The notes under the pieces were generated by a model. That model ran no database searches and was not told the origin of the DNA. It saw nothing but the letters and a program-made list of their open reading frames with translations. Both the position numbers and the translations under genes were made by a program. Positions 26,531 through 42,932 of a DNA stretch of 64,000 bases are shown here, piece after piece (the stretch's first letter is position 1; each line of letters opens with the position of its first letter). The DNA lies in assembly GCF_009914755.1 (NCBI RefSeq), contig NC_060925.1; one strand, written 5' to 3'. This DNA is from the human T2T-CHM13v2.0 reference genome, Homo sapiens.

Positions 26531-28253
26531 GCCCCAAAGCCCATGATTGGCTGATTACGCTGTGTTTGGACTTCTGTCTTACCCAGCCCCTAGCCCCTAT
26601 TGGGTGAGCTCTGCTGCCAATCACTTTCCCCACCCCCCGCCTCATTGTTTGCAATCTGTTGCATTTTGTTCCAGGCCATGTGGCCTGTGAGTGAACTAGA
26701 AGCTCACAAACAGGTTCAGGTTAAAGGGTAGGTTAGAAAATGATTCAGCAGGCTTCCCTACATCCCAAACCTTTAATTTTCAGTGTTAAGCCTCGTGGCT
26801 CAGGAAGATTCTATCTAAGAAAGAAATAATTTAAGACACCATTCTCCCTTTCAGAGAGTAGTGTCTTACTCTATCCAGACAAGGAAATGTCATCAGCAGG
26901 ACAATCAAGTCCAACCCCATCGTGTGCAAATGGGGAAACTGAGGCCCAGATCAGCGAAGTCCACATATCACCTTTGTAACGTTCTGGATCTCAAACTAAA
27001 ATGTCCAACTTCCAAAGCAATGCTCTTTCCACTCTACCACTCCACCAGCCGTTGTAGAGATACATCTTTATTGGTTTTTTGATCTCAAGATTCTCTTTCC
27101 AGCCATTAAACAAACATAAACTCTTGGTGTAGAAAGCAAGCTGGTTAAAAATGACCTTAACACAGTGGACCAGGAAAAAAAAGACTTTTAATTTTTGTTA
27201 TCCTATTTTTTCTCTCAAGTGTAGGAAAACTTCCATACCCCATTCCCCAGTTCCCTATCAAATGGTCGTGTAAAAGTTATTCCTAAAAGCTACAGTGAGC
27301 TTTCTTGGTCCTAATTTATTTGTCACTAGCCACAGTCTACACTCTACAAAAATACCCTCTCCAGGATTTCTCACGGGTGTGGAGGTCTAAGATGCCAGAA
27401 TAAGAACAATGTAGTTTAGTGGCACAGGATGCCCCAGTCTGCCCTCAGCGAGGTTGCACTTGCATCAAGGATGGGAGAGGAGGGCCTGGAGTTCTACTGC
27501 CTTGACCCCAGCATGTAGCCCACAGATTGCCACAAAGTAGGGGCCAGTGAATATTTGTTGAATGCCAGGGAGCAGCTGACGCTGGAGATCTATTGAGGGG
27601 GAGCAAGAAGGACACTTTTCCATCTCAGGACAAACAGCAAGGCAAGGTGTAGTGCTTCTAAGATAAGCTACCACAAAGACCCCAAACATCAAGGAAGAGG
27701 TGCCTGGTTGGGATGGAGCATTGGGGAAGAGGGGCTGGCTAGATGGCAGAAAGCTGGAGCTGACTTGTAGTGATTGTCTATCTCTAAGCCTCAGTTTTTC
27801 CATCTGTTAATGGGGAGTGTTCATTCTTCCCTCCCTGTCTCAGGGATGCACGAGTGGTAAGTGGTGGTGGGGAGGCACGAGAAGAGGGCATTTATTATTG
27901 GCATTTTAAAGTAAAGCCAACTGGAGACCTAGGTTTTTAAAAGGACGAAGGTTTTGGCTTTGCACAAAAGGCTCTCGGCTTCTTCTCCCCCTAGGGGAGT
28001 GTGAGTTTCCTAGGGAAAGAGGCAGCAGCAAAAAAACTTCAGGTTTGGAGTGTCTCTTAAGGTACCCCCTTCAATCCCTTACAGTCCAACCCCAGTATTG
28101 TCCTCTCTAAGCGCCAACCCTCACCTCAAATCCCTTGTCCCCTGGGGCTCCAATAATCATCAAAGGGAGGCTGGCTCCCACGCCACTTTTCCAAACTGTT
28201 TACCAACACACCCACGTGCCAGACAGACACGGTTGGGGACTACACGGGCAGCT

Positions 28254-28874
28254 TCAGCCAAAGAGAGGCGGAGATGGCCCAAGAGCTTGAGAAGAGCCAA
28301 TGCCTGACCTCAGGCAGGGGCAGAGCTTTGGCCACCCATGGGGTGGCCCCCTCTTGGATGGCTCGGGGAGGTCCTTACCCGAGTCGCTTGGGCTCTCGGA
28401 CCCGGAGCAGGCCTGGGTCTTGGGTTCGCCCAGCGGACAGGGGGCGGCGGGCGCCGGGTTGCCGGCTTCGAGGCTGGGAGTGCAGTCCGGGGCGGCGGAC
28501 GCCTTGGGCGGGTTCCCCCGGGGCGCGCCAGGAGCGAGCCGGTCGCTCACAGCTCTCTCCAGCCGTTCCCGGGCCGAGAAGCCGCTCCACATGCAGTCAC
28601 GGCGTATGATGGAGGCGTAGTTCCTGCCCCAGCCTTTCGAGTGGCCCCGGGATTCCGCTTCGTCTCCGGTGCACCCTCCGGGCCACGGCTCCGGGGGACC
28701 AATCCCGGGGGCCGGGTCCCCTGCGCCGGGACCCAAGCCCCAGGGCGGCGACGTGGGGGGCGATGGCACCAGCTCGAATTTCTTCCAGATGTCCTCGCTG
28801 GGCGCCGTGGAGCGGTAGAAATCCTCCCCGCAGTCATAGTCGTAGAAATAGTGCTGGTACGAGTCGTAGTCCAT
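28254..28874 (-). CDS. MYCL: Short L-Myc isoform (206 aa) reading into intron 2; lacks bHLH-Zip
   Basis: The frame stays open past the exon 2 donor ([11 protein letters not shown]...PPLFG*). Minus-strand AATAAA at 27891-27896, 27315-27320 and 27067-27072. Intron-2-polyadenylated L-myc mRNAs are established. Confidence 0.8.
   Translation of the reverse strand: MDYDSYQHYFYDYDCGEDFYRSTAPSEDIWKKFELVPSPPTSPPWGLGPGAGDPAPGIGPPEPWPGGCTGDEAESRGHSKGWGRNYASIIRRDCMWSGFSARERLERAVSDRLAPGAPRGNPPKASAAPDCTPSLEAGNPAPAAPCPLGEPKTQACSGSESPSDSGKDLPEPSKRGPPHGWPKLCPCLRSGIGSSQALGPSPPLFG
28379..28874 (-). CDS. MYCL: L-Myc, coding part of exon 2 (Myc boxes I and II)
   Basis: [11 protein letters not shown]...[12 protein letters not shown] (MBI)...[12 protein letters not shown] (MBII). 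Acceptor ccgcag|GGAGCGGACATG at 28883. Donor TCGG|GTAAGG at 28379 (phase 1). Confidence 0.98.
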
Positions 28875-29247
28875 GTCCGCTCCCTGCGGGAGGGAAGGGG
28901 GGACGTGCTGACCGGGTGCCGGCCGGGCGAAGGAGGTGTCCCCGGGTCCCTCGGCACAGTCGGCTGCCGGGCTCTCGTTCCTCCCCAACCCCACCAGCTT
29001 GCAGCCTGCGCCCAGTCCTCGCGTCCCGGGAAGCCGGGCCCCGGGTCAGAGTGGTAGGGGAAGCCAATCGCAGCGCGCGGACCCGACTGTGGGCAGCGAG
29101 TTCAAAGCAAACTTTGCCAGCGCCGCCCGGAGCGCAGCTCCCAGGGCCCGGCGGGGCCGGGCGGGGGCGCGCCGTGCCCAGAAGGCAGCCTGCAGCCAGC
29201 CCGCACCGCGGGACCCGCGCCCGTGCCCTGGCCACCCGCAGCCTCAC

Positions 29248-29328
29248 CTCGCTCCAGCCGCCCGCCACCTGGAGCGGACCGGCTCCCCGCCGGCTCGGGG
29301 CAGCCCGGCAGCCAGCACACACGCACAT
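29248..29328 (-). CDS. MYCL: MYCL exon 1 upstream-AUG extension (394-aa isoform)
   Basis: ATG at 29328 gives MCVCAGCRAAPSRRGAGPLQVAGGWSE (27 aa). Donor GAG|GTGAGG at 29248, phase 0, in frame with GAD-MDYD of exon 2. Confidence 0.75.
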
Positions 29329-29846
29329 GCGCGCCGCCGAGAGCGCGGCCCGCACTCACGAGCGCGCCCCCCCCGCGCGCGCGCCCTCCCTCGCTCGCGC
29401 ACGGCGGCCCGGACGCTCTCGGGATCGGCGCGGGAGCGCGAGCTGCAGGCGCATTGTTTCCTGACTGCCTTATATCTCGTCGCGCGCCCGGGACCCAGGG
29501 ACTGGGGGGCGGGCCCTATGGGACAAACCCCGCCCTCTCCCTGCCTACTACGGGCAGTCGACAGGTGGGGCCGGCCCCACCTCCTGGCAGCGCTCGCCCG
29601 CTCCGTTCAATCCCCGGTAGCCCCCCAAATAAATTGCACGCTGGGGAGCGCAAACAGGAGGAGGGCTGATGCGGCCCGGCGGCCGCTTGGCGGTGCCAGC
29701 CGGCTGAGCTAAACCGTGCTCCTTGCCCACTCCGAGCTGGGGAATTAGGGCTACTCCCCGCCCCACCCTGCGCGCCTACTTTCCCCGGCGCACCCCGCTG
29801 GGTTCAGGTGCGCCCGAGCCGCCGCGAGGGGTAGGGGGAGGGAAAC

Positions 29847-29862
29847 GCGCCACCTGGCGGCC
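29847..29862 (-). promoter_or_regulatory. Strong CTCF-like motif ~400 bp upstream of the MYCL TSS
   Basis: Minus strand reads GGCCGCCAGGTGGCGC, close to the CCASYAGRKGGCRS consensus. Confidence 0.65.
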
Positions 29863-31265
29863 CTCAGCCCTGAACTTGGGCTGGTCCCGGCGTCCGTCTG
29901 GTCACCCGTCGGCCCGTTTCTTGAGCTCAGTGGCCCAAGCCTGGATGGCATCGAAGCGAAGATTCCGGGATTTAGAGCCCGAAACGTAACCTTCCTGAGC
30001 TTCAGTTTCATCTGTAAAATGAAGGGATGGTAATGCTTACCTCACAGGGTTGTTGTGAGGCTTCAGGGAAATAAGAGCATCTAGGGAAGGGGTCTGGTCT
30101 AGGTGGAGAGGCAGACGGCGCTGGCTTAGCCCCCGCTTTGGGGAGGCGGTGCAGAAATGAGGAATTTTTCCCAGGGCAAAGCCAGCTGAGACCCGCCATG
30201 CTCCCTCTCATCTCACACAAAACACTGTAGGAGCTGTACAGTAGAGAATGAGGATTTGGCATCTGGAAAATACTGCAGGACCAAGTTGTTTCAAGTTTTG
30301 CCCTGCATTGCTGGCCAAGATGATAGATAACCCCTTTGTATAATCTTCTTTTTAAATTTTAAATATATTTTGTTAAGAGACAGGGTCTCACTCAGCGTCA
30401 AGGCTGGAGTGCAGTGGCTCGATCATGACTCGCTGCAGCCTCGAACTCCTGGGCTCAAATGATCCTCCCTCCTTAGCCTCCGAAAGTGCAGGGATTACAG
30501 GCACGGGTCACCGTGCTGGGTCCCCCTTTGTGTCATCTTCTACACAGATGACCTTTGGTGGAAGAGAAAAAATTAAACTATACGGCCAGTCTGAGATTTA
30601 GGCCAGAGGAGAGTAACTTGGGACAGCAGCCAATACATCTAGATTCCTCCACCTGGCATCAAGGTCTGGTGTCTGTCTACCCCAGCCTGATTGTCTGCTG
30701 TCTCTCTCTTTCCCTCCCACCCCTGTGGTCTAAGAACACCAAACTACTCACTGTTGGCAGACGGAAGTGAGAAGGGCAAGCAATTCAGTGTGGTTGGAGC
30801 ATGGGACACGGATGTGTGTTGTTATATGGGTTGGGAAGGCAGGGAAAATGACAGCCTTCCGTTTTAGATACGTTGGGTCTGTGCTGCATGTGGGACATCT
30901 TGAAGGCAGAAACCTGCTCCTACTTGCTTTGTGATTTCTGCACCTAGAACAGCTTCTGGCAGACATTTGTGAACTAACTGACTTACTGAGGGACTCAGCT
31001 AACCAGATTTCACTGAGACAGCTTGTGTGCCCTGCTTTGTGCTAAACGGAAGACACAAATCAGAAGGGTTCCAGGTTTGGTTGCAGCCCCAAGGCACAGG
31101 CATTGGATTGTCCTTTAGTGACTTTTCTCTGGTCCACAGATGTCTGAGATGGTTGCTGTACTAGTCTGGGTTATTGGTTACAAATAACAAAAACCAACCT
31201 TAGGCAGGGCACAGTGGCTCACGCCTGTAATCCCAGCACTTTGGGAGGCTGAGGCGGGCAGATCA

Positions 31266-31627
<362 letters not shown>

Positions 31628-31936
31628 CTAGACTACAGCCCCCACCCTGCAGCTCTTCCCATGGTTTCATTGTAGATGATATATGGGGGCAACCAGGAGG
31701 TGCTGCCCCTCCTCAAGAAGTAGGAAAAAGGAAATTAAGTTGTCTTCTGAGAGTTAACACTGCTTCTTCACTTTGCATACTTTTGTTTGTTTAATGTCTT
31801 CCTCGTCAGACTGTAAACTGAATGAGGGCAGACAAATGTCAGCCTTATTCATGGCTGTACCCCAGGGCTTTAGAACAAAGCCTGGCACATCATGGGTGCT
31901 GAGTATATGACTGAACACAAAACTCTAATGTTTTAG

Positions 31937-32104
<168 letters not shown>

Positions 32105-32146
32105 TAGCTAATTTTTTTTTTTTAAAGATCATACTGCTTCTGTCCC

Positions 32147-32298
32147 TTTTTTTTTATTATTATTATACTTTAAGTTCTAGGGTACATGTGCACAATGTGC
32201 AGGTTTGTTACATATGTATACATGTGCCATGTTGGTGTACCCATTAACTCGTCATTTACTTTAGGTATTTCTCATAATGCTATCCCTCCCCCCTCCCC
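32147..32298 (-). mobile_element. 5'-truncated L1PA 3' end inserted in the middle A-linker of an Alu
   Basis: TTATACTTTAAGTTCTAGGGTACATGTGCACAA...ATGCTATCCCTCCCCC; TSD CTAATTTTTT at 32108-32117 and 32299-32308. Confidence 0.92.
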
Positions 32299-32570
32299 CT
32301 AATTTTTTGTATTTTTACTAGAGATGGGGTTTCACCATGTTGGCCAGGCTGGTCTTGAACTCCTGACCTCAAGTGATCCACCTGTCTTGGCCTCCGAATT
32401 TTTTTGTTGTGTTTTTTTGAGACAGGGTCTCATTCTGTTGCCCAGACTGGAGTGCGGTGGTGCAATCATGGCTCACTGCAGCCTTGACTTCCTGGGCTCC
32501 AGGGATCCTGCTACGTCAGCCTCCTGAGTAGCTGGGACCATAGGAGGCATGCACCACCACACTTGGCTAA

Positions 32571-32705
<135 letters not shown>

Positions 32706-32725
32706 TAAAGTAGAGATATGCCAAT

Positions 32726-33090
32726 TGTATTAGTTTGTTTTGACACTGCTGTAAAGAAACACCTGAGATTGAGTAATTTATAAACAAAAGAGGTTTAATT
32801 GACTCATAGTTCCGCATGGCTTGGGAGGCCTCAGGAAACTTACAATTATGGCAGAAGGGGAAGGAGAAGCAAGCATCTTCTTCACAAAGCAGCAGGAAAG
32901 GGTGTGAGTGCAGGAAAAACTGCCATTTATAAAACCATCGAGTCTCGTGAGAATTCACTCACTATCACAAGAACAGTATGGGGGAAACTGCCCCCATGAT
33001 CCATCACCTCCTACCAGGTTTCTCTCTGGACACATGGGGATTACAATTCGAGATGAGATTTGGTTGCAGACGCAGAGCCAAACTATACCT
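32726..33090 (-). mobile_element. ERVL-MaLR solo LTR (THE1/MST family)
   Basis: TGTATTAGT...GAGGTTTAATTGACTCA...GGAGGCCTCAGGAAACTTACAAT...ATTACAATTCGAGATGAGATTTGG...GCCAAAC is the reverse complement of the THE1/MST consensus; ~365 bp. Confidence 0.9.
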
Positions 33091-34241
33091 TATAGAGACA
33101 GAAGAACTCTCAGGCCCAGTCTAGACTACAACCTGGTTAAAAGTATTAATGCAGCTAAAGAAAGAGGGTGCCAGTTAGGAGGGTCTGGGCAGCCAAGGAA
33201 GCCAGAGATCAGGGAGAGTTGCCAAGACAATCACCAGCAGTGTCCCTTCTCTGGGGACAAAGATGCTGGTCCAGGAAAAAGGGAGATGGAAGTACCATTC
33301 TTTGGAGCCACTCAATTCACCCCCTACCTCACTCATGCTCTGGATCACCAAGCAACCCTCTAAAAACCATTCTGTTTCCTATGTAGATCAGTCCACAGGG
33401 AGAGAATGCACTCATCATTGAACAGGAAGATCCAGTCTGCTTCAAAGCCCTGCTTCCTCTTATAAATTAATGAATTGGCATCTGATTTGCAATATCAGTC
33501 TCATGAACCTGGTTAATGTGTGTCTGTTCTGTAGAGATGCTGCTGCTTTTAGGGCTAACAACTCTGGTTTCTAAGCTGGACCCAGGATGCTGATGAATTT
33601 ACCAAGGTAACAAATGCTACCCCAGGGACCTTCCATTTTTCTGCAATATTTTATTTCCTTTATTTTTTCTAAAATATGTTTTTAATCAAAATACATGTAA
33701 TAATTTTTTAAAAAATCAATTAGGCATATGGCAAAGTTAAAAAAAAAAGGCCATCTTCTGTCTTGCCATCAACTGATTCCCACTCCCCAAAGGCAGCTAT
33801 TGTTTTAGCTTTTTGTTTTTTGTTTTTGTTTTTGTTTTTTGAAACAAAGTCTCACTCTGTCGCCCCGGATGGAATGCAGTGATGTGATCTCAGCTCACAT
33901 CACTGAGTGTGTGTGTGTGGTGTGTGCCACCATGCCCGGCTAATTTTTATATTTTTAGTAGAGACAGGGTTTCACCATGTTGGTCAGGCAGGTCTCAAAC
34001 TCCTGACCTTGCGATCTGGCTGCCTCAGCCACCATGCCAGGACTGTCCCTCATATTTCTTTCCATATTTTGACCAATACAGAGATCTACTTTTTCCTGAT
34101 TTTTAAATTTCTTTCTTTTTCTTTATTTTTTTGAGATGGAGTCTTGCTCTGTTGCCCAGGCTAGAGTGCAATGGCATGATCTCTGCTTACTGCAACCTCT
34201 ACCTCCTGAGTTCAAGCAATTCTTCTGCCTCAGCCTCCTGA

Positions 34242-34433
<192 letters not shown>

Positions 34434-35528
34434 TAAATTGCCCTTGCAGAGCAAGCCTAACTCATACTCATAGGTAGAGCTTCCAGAGCCAGCCTAAATT
34501 TCCTTTACTTTCTTTTTTTTTCTTTTTTCAAGACAAGGTCTCACTCTGTTGCCCAGGCTTGAGTGCAGTGGCACCATTTTGGCTCACTGTAGTCTCAGCC
34601 TCCTGGGCTCAAGCGATCCTCTTACCTCAGCCTCCCTAGTAGCTAGGACTGCAGGTGCACACCACCACACCTGGCTAATTAAAAATTTTTTTTTCTTTTC
34701 TTTTCTTTTTTTTTTTGTAGATACAGGGTCTGACTATGTTGCCCAGGCTGGTCTTGAACTCCTGGGCTCAGTGATCCTCCTGCCTGGGCCTCCCCAAATG
34801 CTGGCCTAAGCCACTGTACCCAGTTTATAATTCCTTTCTTATACAATATTTTTTTTCAGTGTTAAATTGCCTCAGTTTTTCTTTTGCTTAGATTTCTACA
34901 TATCTATTATGAATTTAACCCTACACATTCCCACTAGAGCTACAAAGATTACTCCATATGGTCAAACACACTAGGTAATCAGTCTATCAGTTACATTTTT
35001 TTTCTAGGAATCATCTTGGTTGGAGTCCTTTGTCTTCCTGTTCTAGTCTGAACTTATTGATCTCTTGGCCTGCTTCACAATTGTCATCCTGTGACTTCCC
35101 TTTACCATCATCTTGGAAATTCCCTCTGCTTCTCTCCTGTGTCGCATCCCCTGTTTTCTGGAGCTTGTTTCTTCCTCTTTCTCGTTTTACTTCCTCACTT
35201 TGGTGGAGCATATCCTCCAGCAGCTGCTTTGAGAAAAGGTACTTGGGAAGTAAAAGTTTTGAGACTTTGTGTTTCTGAAATTTTCTTTGGTATACCCTTT
35301 GGTTGATGGTTTGGCTGGCTAGAGAATATTAGATTAGAAAATAATTTCCCCTGAGAATTCTAAAAGTACTTTTTTTCTGTTTCTTAGCAGCCAGTATTGC
35401 TATTGAGAAGACTGATGTCATTTTATCTACAAACCTTTGTATGTGACCTGTTTCTCTGGTAGCTTTTAGGATATATTCTTTGTCCCTGGCATTTTAAATG
35501 TTTTCAATGATGTGCCTTGGTGTGGGTC

Positions 35529-36310
35529 TGTTGGAATAAAGAATTTATTGGCCTTTCTCCCCAGTTCCTTGGAGGTAACCTCTAAATCCTTGGAATTTCC
35601 CAGGTAATAGGTGTGTCTGTTATTTATGGCAGGCACTGATAGCTTATGCTAATAAGGTGGCCCATGGGGGACCCCTAGATAGTTTAAGATGACTCATGAT
35701 AGGGGCTGTCCATGCCAGAAAGACAAACCATGTGATTAGAGTGCTGGGCTTTTGAGCCACTTGATAATCAATCTGACCTCTGGGCAGGGGAAGAGGGCTG
35801 GAGATTTAGTTAAATAATCTGGACAATGATTCAGTTAATCGTGCCTACATAATGAACCCTCAATAAAAACTCTGGACACTGAAGCTCTGGTGAGCTTTTC
35901 TGGTTAATAATAGTCTGTGTGTATTGTTACACATCAATGTGCCAGAGGATGATGCATCCTGACTTCACGGGAAAAGGACACTGGAAGCTTTAAGTTTGGG
36001 ATCCTCCAAGACCTTGCCTTTTGTGTCTCTTCTTTTGCCTGGTCCTGATTTGTATTGCCTTTGCTATAATAAAACTGTAACTATAAGTTTAGTGCTTTCC
36101 TGAGTTTGGTGTTCTGTGGAATTATTGAACCTAAGTAGGTAGTGGGAACCCCCAGATTTGTAGTCATTTGGTCAGAAGTGTGGGTGGCCTGGGAAACCCT
36201 GAGCTTCTATTAATAGCTGGTTTCTGAAGTGAAGGCAGTCTTGTGGAGACTGTGCCATTAACTTGTGAAGTTTGGCCTAACTCTAGATAGTGTCAGAATT
36301 GCATTGCAGC
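35529..36310 (+). mobile_element. MER21-type solo LTR inserted into an old L1
   Basis: TGTTGG...CTCTAAATCCTTGGAATTTCC...AATAAAACTGTAA...GGAACCCCCAGATTTGTAG...GTCAGAATTGCATTG resembles MER21C. Confidence 0.7.
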
Positions 36311-36337
36311 ATCTTTTTGAATTCTTTGCGCTAAGCC

Positions 36338-36369
<32 letters not shown>

Positions 36370-36380
36370 ATTTTTTTTAG

Positions 36381-36563
<183 letters not shown>

Positions 36564-36589
36564 TAGCCAGGATGGTCTCGATCTTCTGA

Positions 36590-36961
<372 letters not shown>

Positions 36962-37821
36962 TAAATCTTTTAATATGGAAACCAATTCACTCTGTAATTA
37001 TTCCTTTGGGAAATTCCTCCCCTCCATTTTTTTTCCCTTCTCCCTCTCTGAAACTCCTGTCTTGTCTTTTCTTTTCTCTCATCTCTACCTTTATGTGTTC
37101 TGTTCAACTTCCTAGGAGTCAAACTTCTAATCCTTTTTTTTTTCTAAAATAAAAATAGAGATAGGGTTTCCCTATATTTGCTAGGCTGGTCTCAAACTCC
37201 TGAGCTAAGCAATCCACCTGCCTCAGCCTCCCAAAGTGCTGGGATTATAGGTGGATTATTAGTGTGAGCCACCACACCCAGCCAAACGTCCAATCCTTTT
37301 ATTCATGTTCTCAACTTCCAATCCTTTTCTCAACTTAAACATTTTTTGACTGATATTTTTTAATTTTTAAGACCTCTTTTTCTTGTTGTTCCCTAAATGT
37401 TCCCTTTTTGGAGCTTCCTGTTCTTTTTCCATGGACACAATCTTTTTCCCATTTTCCTCTGAGGCTATTAATAATAGTTTTCATACTTATTATAAATTTT
37501 GAAAGTCTTTCCTGCTCCCTGTTTTCTCTGACTTCTCCCTTGCTTACTTTGCTCTGTGTGTTTCATTAGAGGCTTTCTCAAACATCCGATAATCCTTGGT
37601 ATAGATGTTTATGTATATTACAGAGTAGAGCCAGGCATGGTGGTGTGCATATGTAATCCCTTGGGAGACTGAGGCAGGAGGATTGCTTGGGCCCAGGAGT
37701 TCAAGATCAGCCTGGGCAATATAGTGAGACCACATGTTAAAGAAAACAAAACAAAACAGTGAGGCATTAAAAGCTGATTGAAAGCTCTATATGTGTGTGT
37801 GGGGAGGTATTTGATTACTGA

Positions 37822-38341
<520 letters not shown>

Positions 38342-38443
38342 TAGCCAGGATGGTCTCAATCTCCTGACCTCGTGATCCACCTGCCTCAGCTTTCCAAAGT
38401 GCTGGGATTACAGGTGTGATCCACTGCACCCAGCCGCAGCTAA

Positions 38444-38587
<144 letters not shown>

Positions 38588-39453
38588 TAGAAGGCCTCTA
38601 ATCTACCAGGGCGAGGTTAGAAACCTGGCTGCCAGCCTTCTGGGTACCAAGAGGGGAAAGGAGATGAAGGGATCTATCTTATGGTTCAGCTAATCCCTCC
38701 CTGACTTCAGTACAGTCCATCACTCTTGTTCTCAGCTGTGCCTGGTGTTCCCAAATCCACAGCCTCTCAATTCAACCTGTCTCCCGCCAGGTAGGAAGAG
38801 GGCAGTCACCTGATTACAGAAGTTGAGGGAGAAAATTTAGGAGTCTAATTCCTTTTACTTTCATCCAATCTTCTTCTTTTCAGCCCCATCCTACCATCCT
38901 GCCTTTAGAAATATCCAGTGCCTCCAGTTGATGAGCTGTTCTTGGGTTCTGATGCACTCATGGGCTTGCTCCTTGTTGATACTTCTCCTTCTCCCACTCC
39001 CACCATAAGCAGTTAGTTTCTGATTTTTCTGGCCTTTTGCTAAATCAGCCAGCCCTTATCTGTCTGCTTTCAAGCTTCACAAGGTTTGTATATATCTGTC
39101 AATTGCTGTTGTCTCCTCCCCCTCATTTTCTTTTTTTAAAAATTGAGGAAAAATTCACATGCCGTAAAATTCAACATTTTAACCATTTAAAGTGTGCAAT
39201 TCAGGCCAGGTGCAGCGGCTCATGCCTGTAATCCCAACACTTTGGGAGGTCAAGGTGGGCAAATTGCTTGAACCCAGGAGTTCGAGACTAGCATGGGTAA
39301 CATTTCTACAAAAAAAAGACAAAAATATTAGCTGGCCAGCATGGTTGCTCACACCTGTAATCCCAGCACTCTGGGAGACCAAGGTGGGCGGATCACCTGA
39401 GGTCAGGAGTTTGAGACCAGCCTGGTCAACATGACAAAAACCCATCTCTACTA

Positions 39454-39849
<396 letters not shown>

Positions 39850-39887
39850 CTATTTGTGCCAACATTTGTTATTTTCTTTTTTTTTTC

Positions 39888-41768
<1,881 letters not shown>

Positions 41769-41945
41769 TGAACTCCTGGGCTCAAGTGGTCTGCCTACCT
41801 TGGCTTCCCAAAGTGCTGGGATTACAGGTGTGAGCCACAGCCCTGCCCGTTATTCTCGAGCTTATTATTATTATTACTACAGCCATCTTTAATGGGTGTG
41901 GAAGTGGTATCTCATTGTGGTTTTTTTGTTTTTGTTTTTATTTTG

Positions 41946-41976
<31 letters not shown>

Positions 41977-42174
41977 CAGGGTCCCACACTGTTGTCGAGG
42001 CTGGAGTGCAATGGCATGATCTCTGCTCACTGCAACCTCTGCCTTCTAGTGGGCTCAAGCAATCCTCCCACCTCTGCCTCCTGAGTAGTTAGGATTATAG
42101 GCATGCACCACCAAGGCTGGGTAATTCTGTATTTTACCAATTTATTTTATGTTATTATTATTATTATTATTTGA

Positions 42175-42363
<189 letters not shown>

Positions 42364-42821
42364 TAGGCTTGTCTTGAACTCCTGAACTCATGTGATCTGC
42401 CCGCCTTGGTCTCCCAAAATGCTGGGATTATAGGCATGAGCCACCACACCCGGCCTATTATTATTTTTTGATACGGAATCTCGCTTGTTGCCCAGGTTGG
42501 AGTGCAGTGGCATGTCTCAGCTCACTGCAACCTCTGCCTCCCAGGTTCAAGCAACTCTCCTGCCTCAGCCTCCTGAGTAGCTGGGATTACGGACACATGC
42601 CACCACATCCAGCTAATTTTTGTATTTTTTAGTAGAGACTGGGTTTCACCATGTTGGCCAGGCTGGTCTAGAACTCATGAACTCAGGTGATCCGCCTGCC
42701 TCAGCCTCACAAACTGCTCTGATTACAGGCATGAACCACTGTGCCTAGCCCTAATTTGTGTATTTTAGTAGAGACAGGGTTTCACCATGTTAGCCAGGCT
42801 GGTCTGGAATTCCTGACCTCA

Positions 42822-42932
<111 letters not shown>

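Larger units (their letters stand above)
28350..30000. promoter_or_regulatory. MYCL CpG island and promoter; TATA-like GATATAAG at 29469-29476 (minus), predicted TSS ~29445
   Basis: Very high GC and CpG content; GC boxes near 29505-29535; TATA-like element ~30 nt upstream of the GC-rich exon 1. Confidence 0.9.

Noticed and set aside
28274-29989. Long plus-strand and alternative-frame ORFs (up to 258 aa) over the MYCL CpG island
   Set aside because: Expected from stop-codon scarcity in GC-rich DNA; low-complexity Arg/Pro/Gly/Ala with no domain. An NCYM-like antisense protein cannot be supported from sequence alone.
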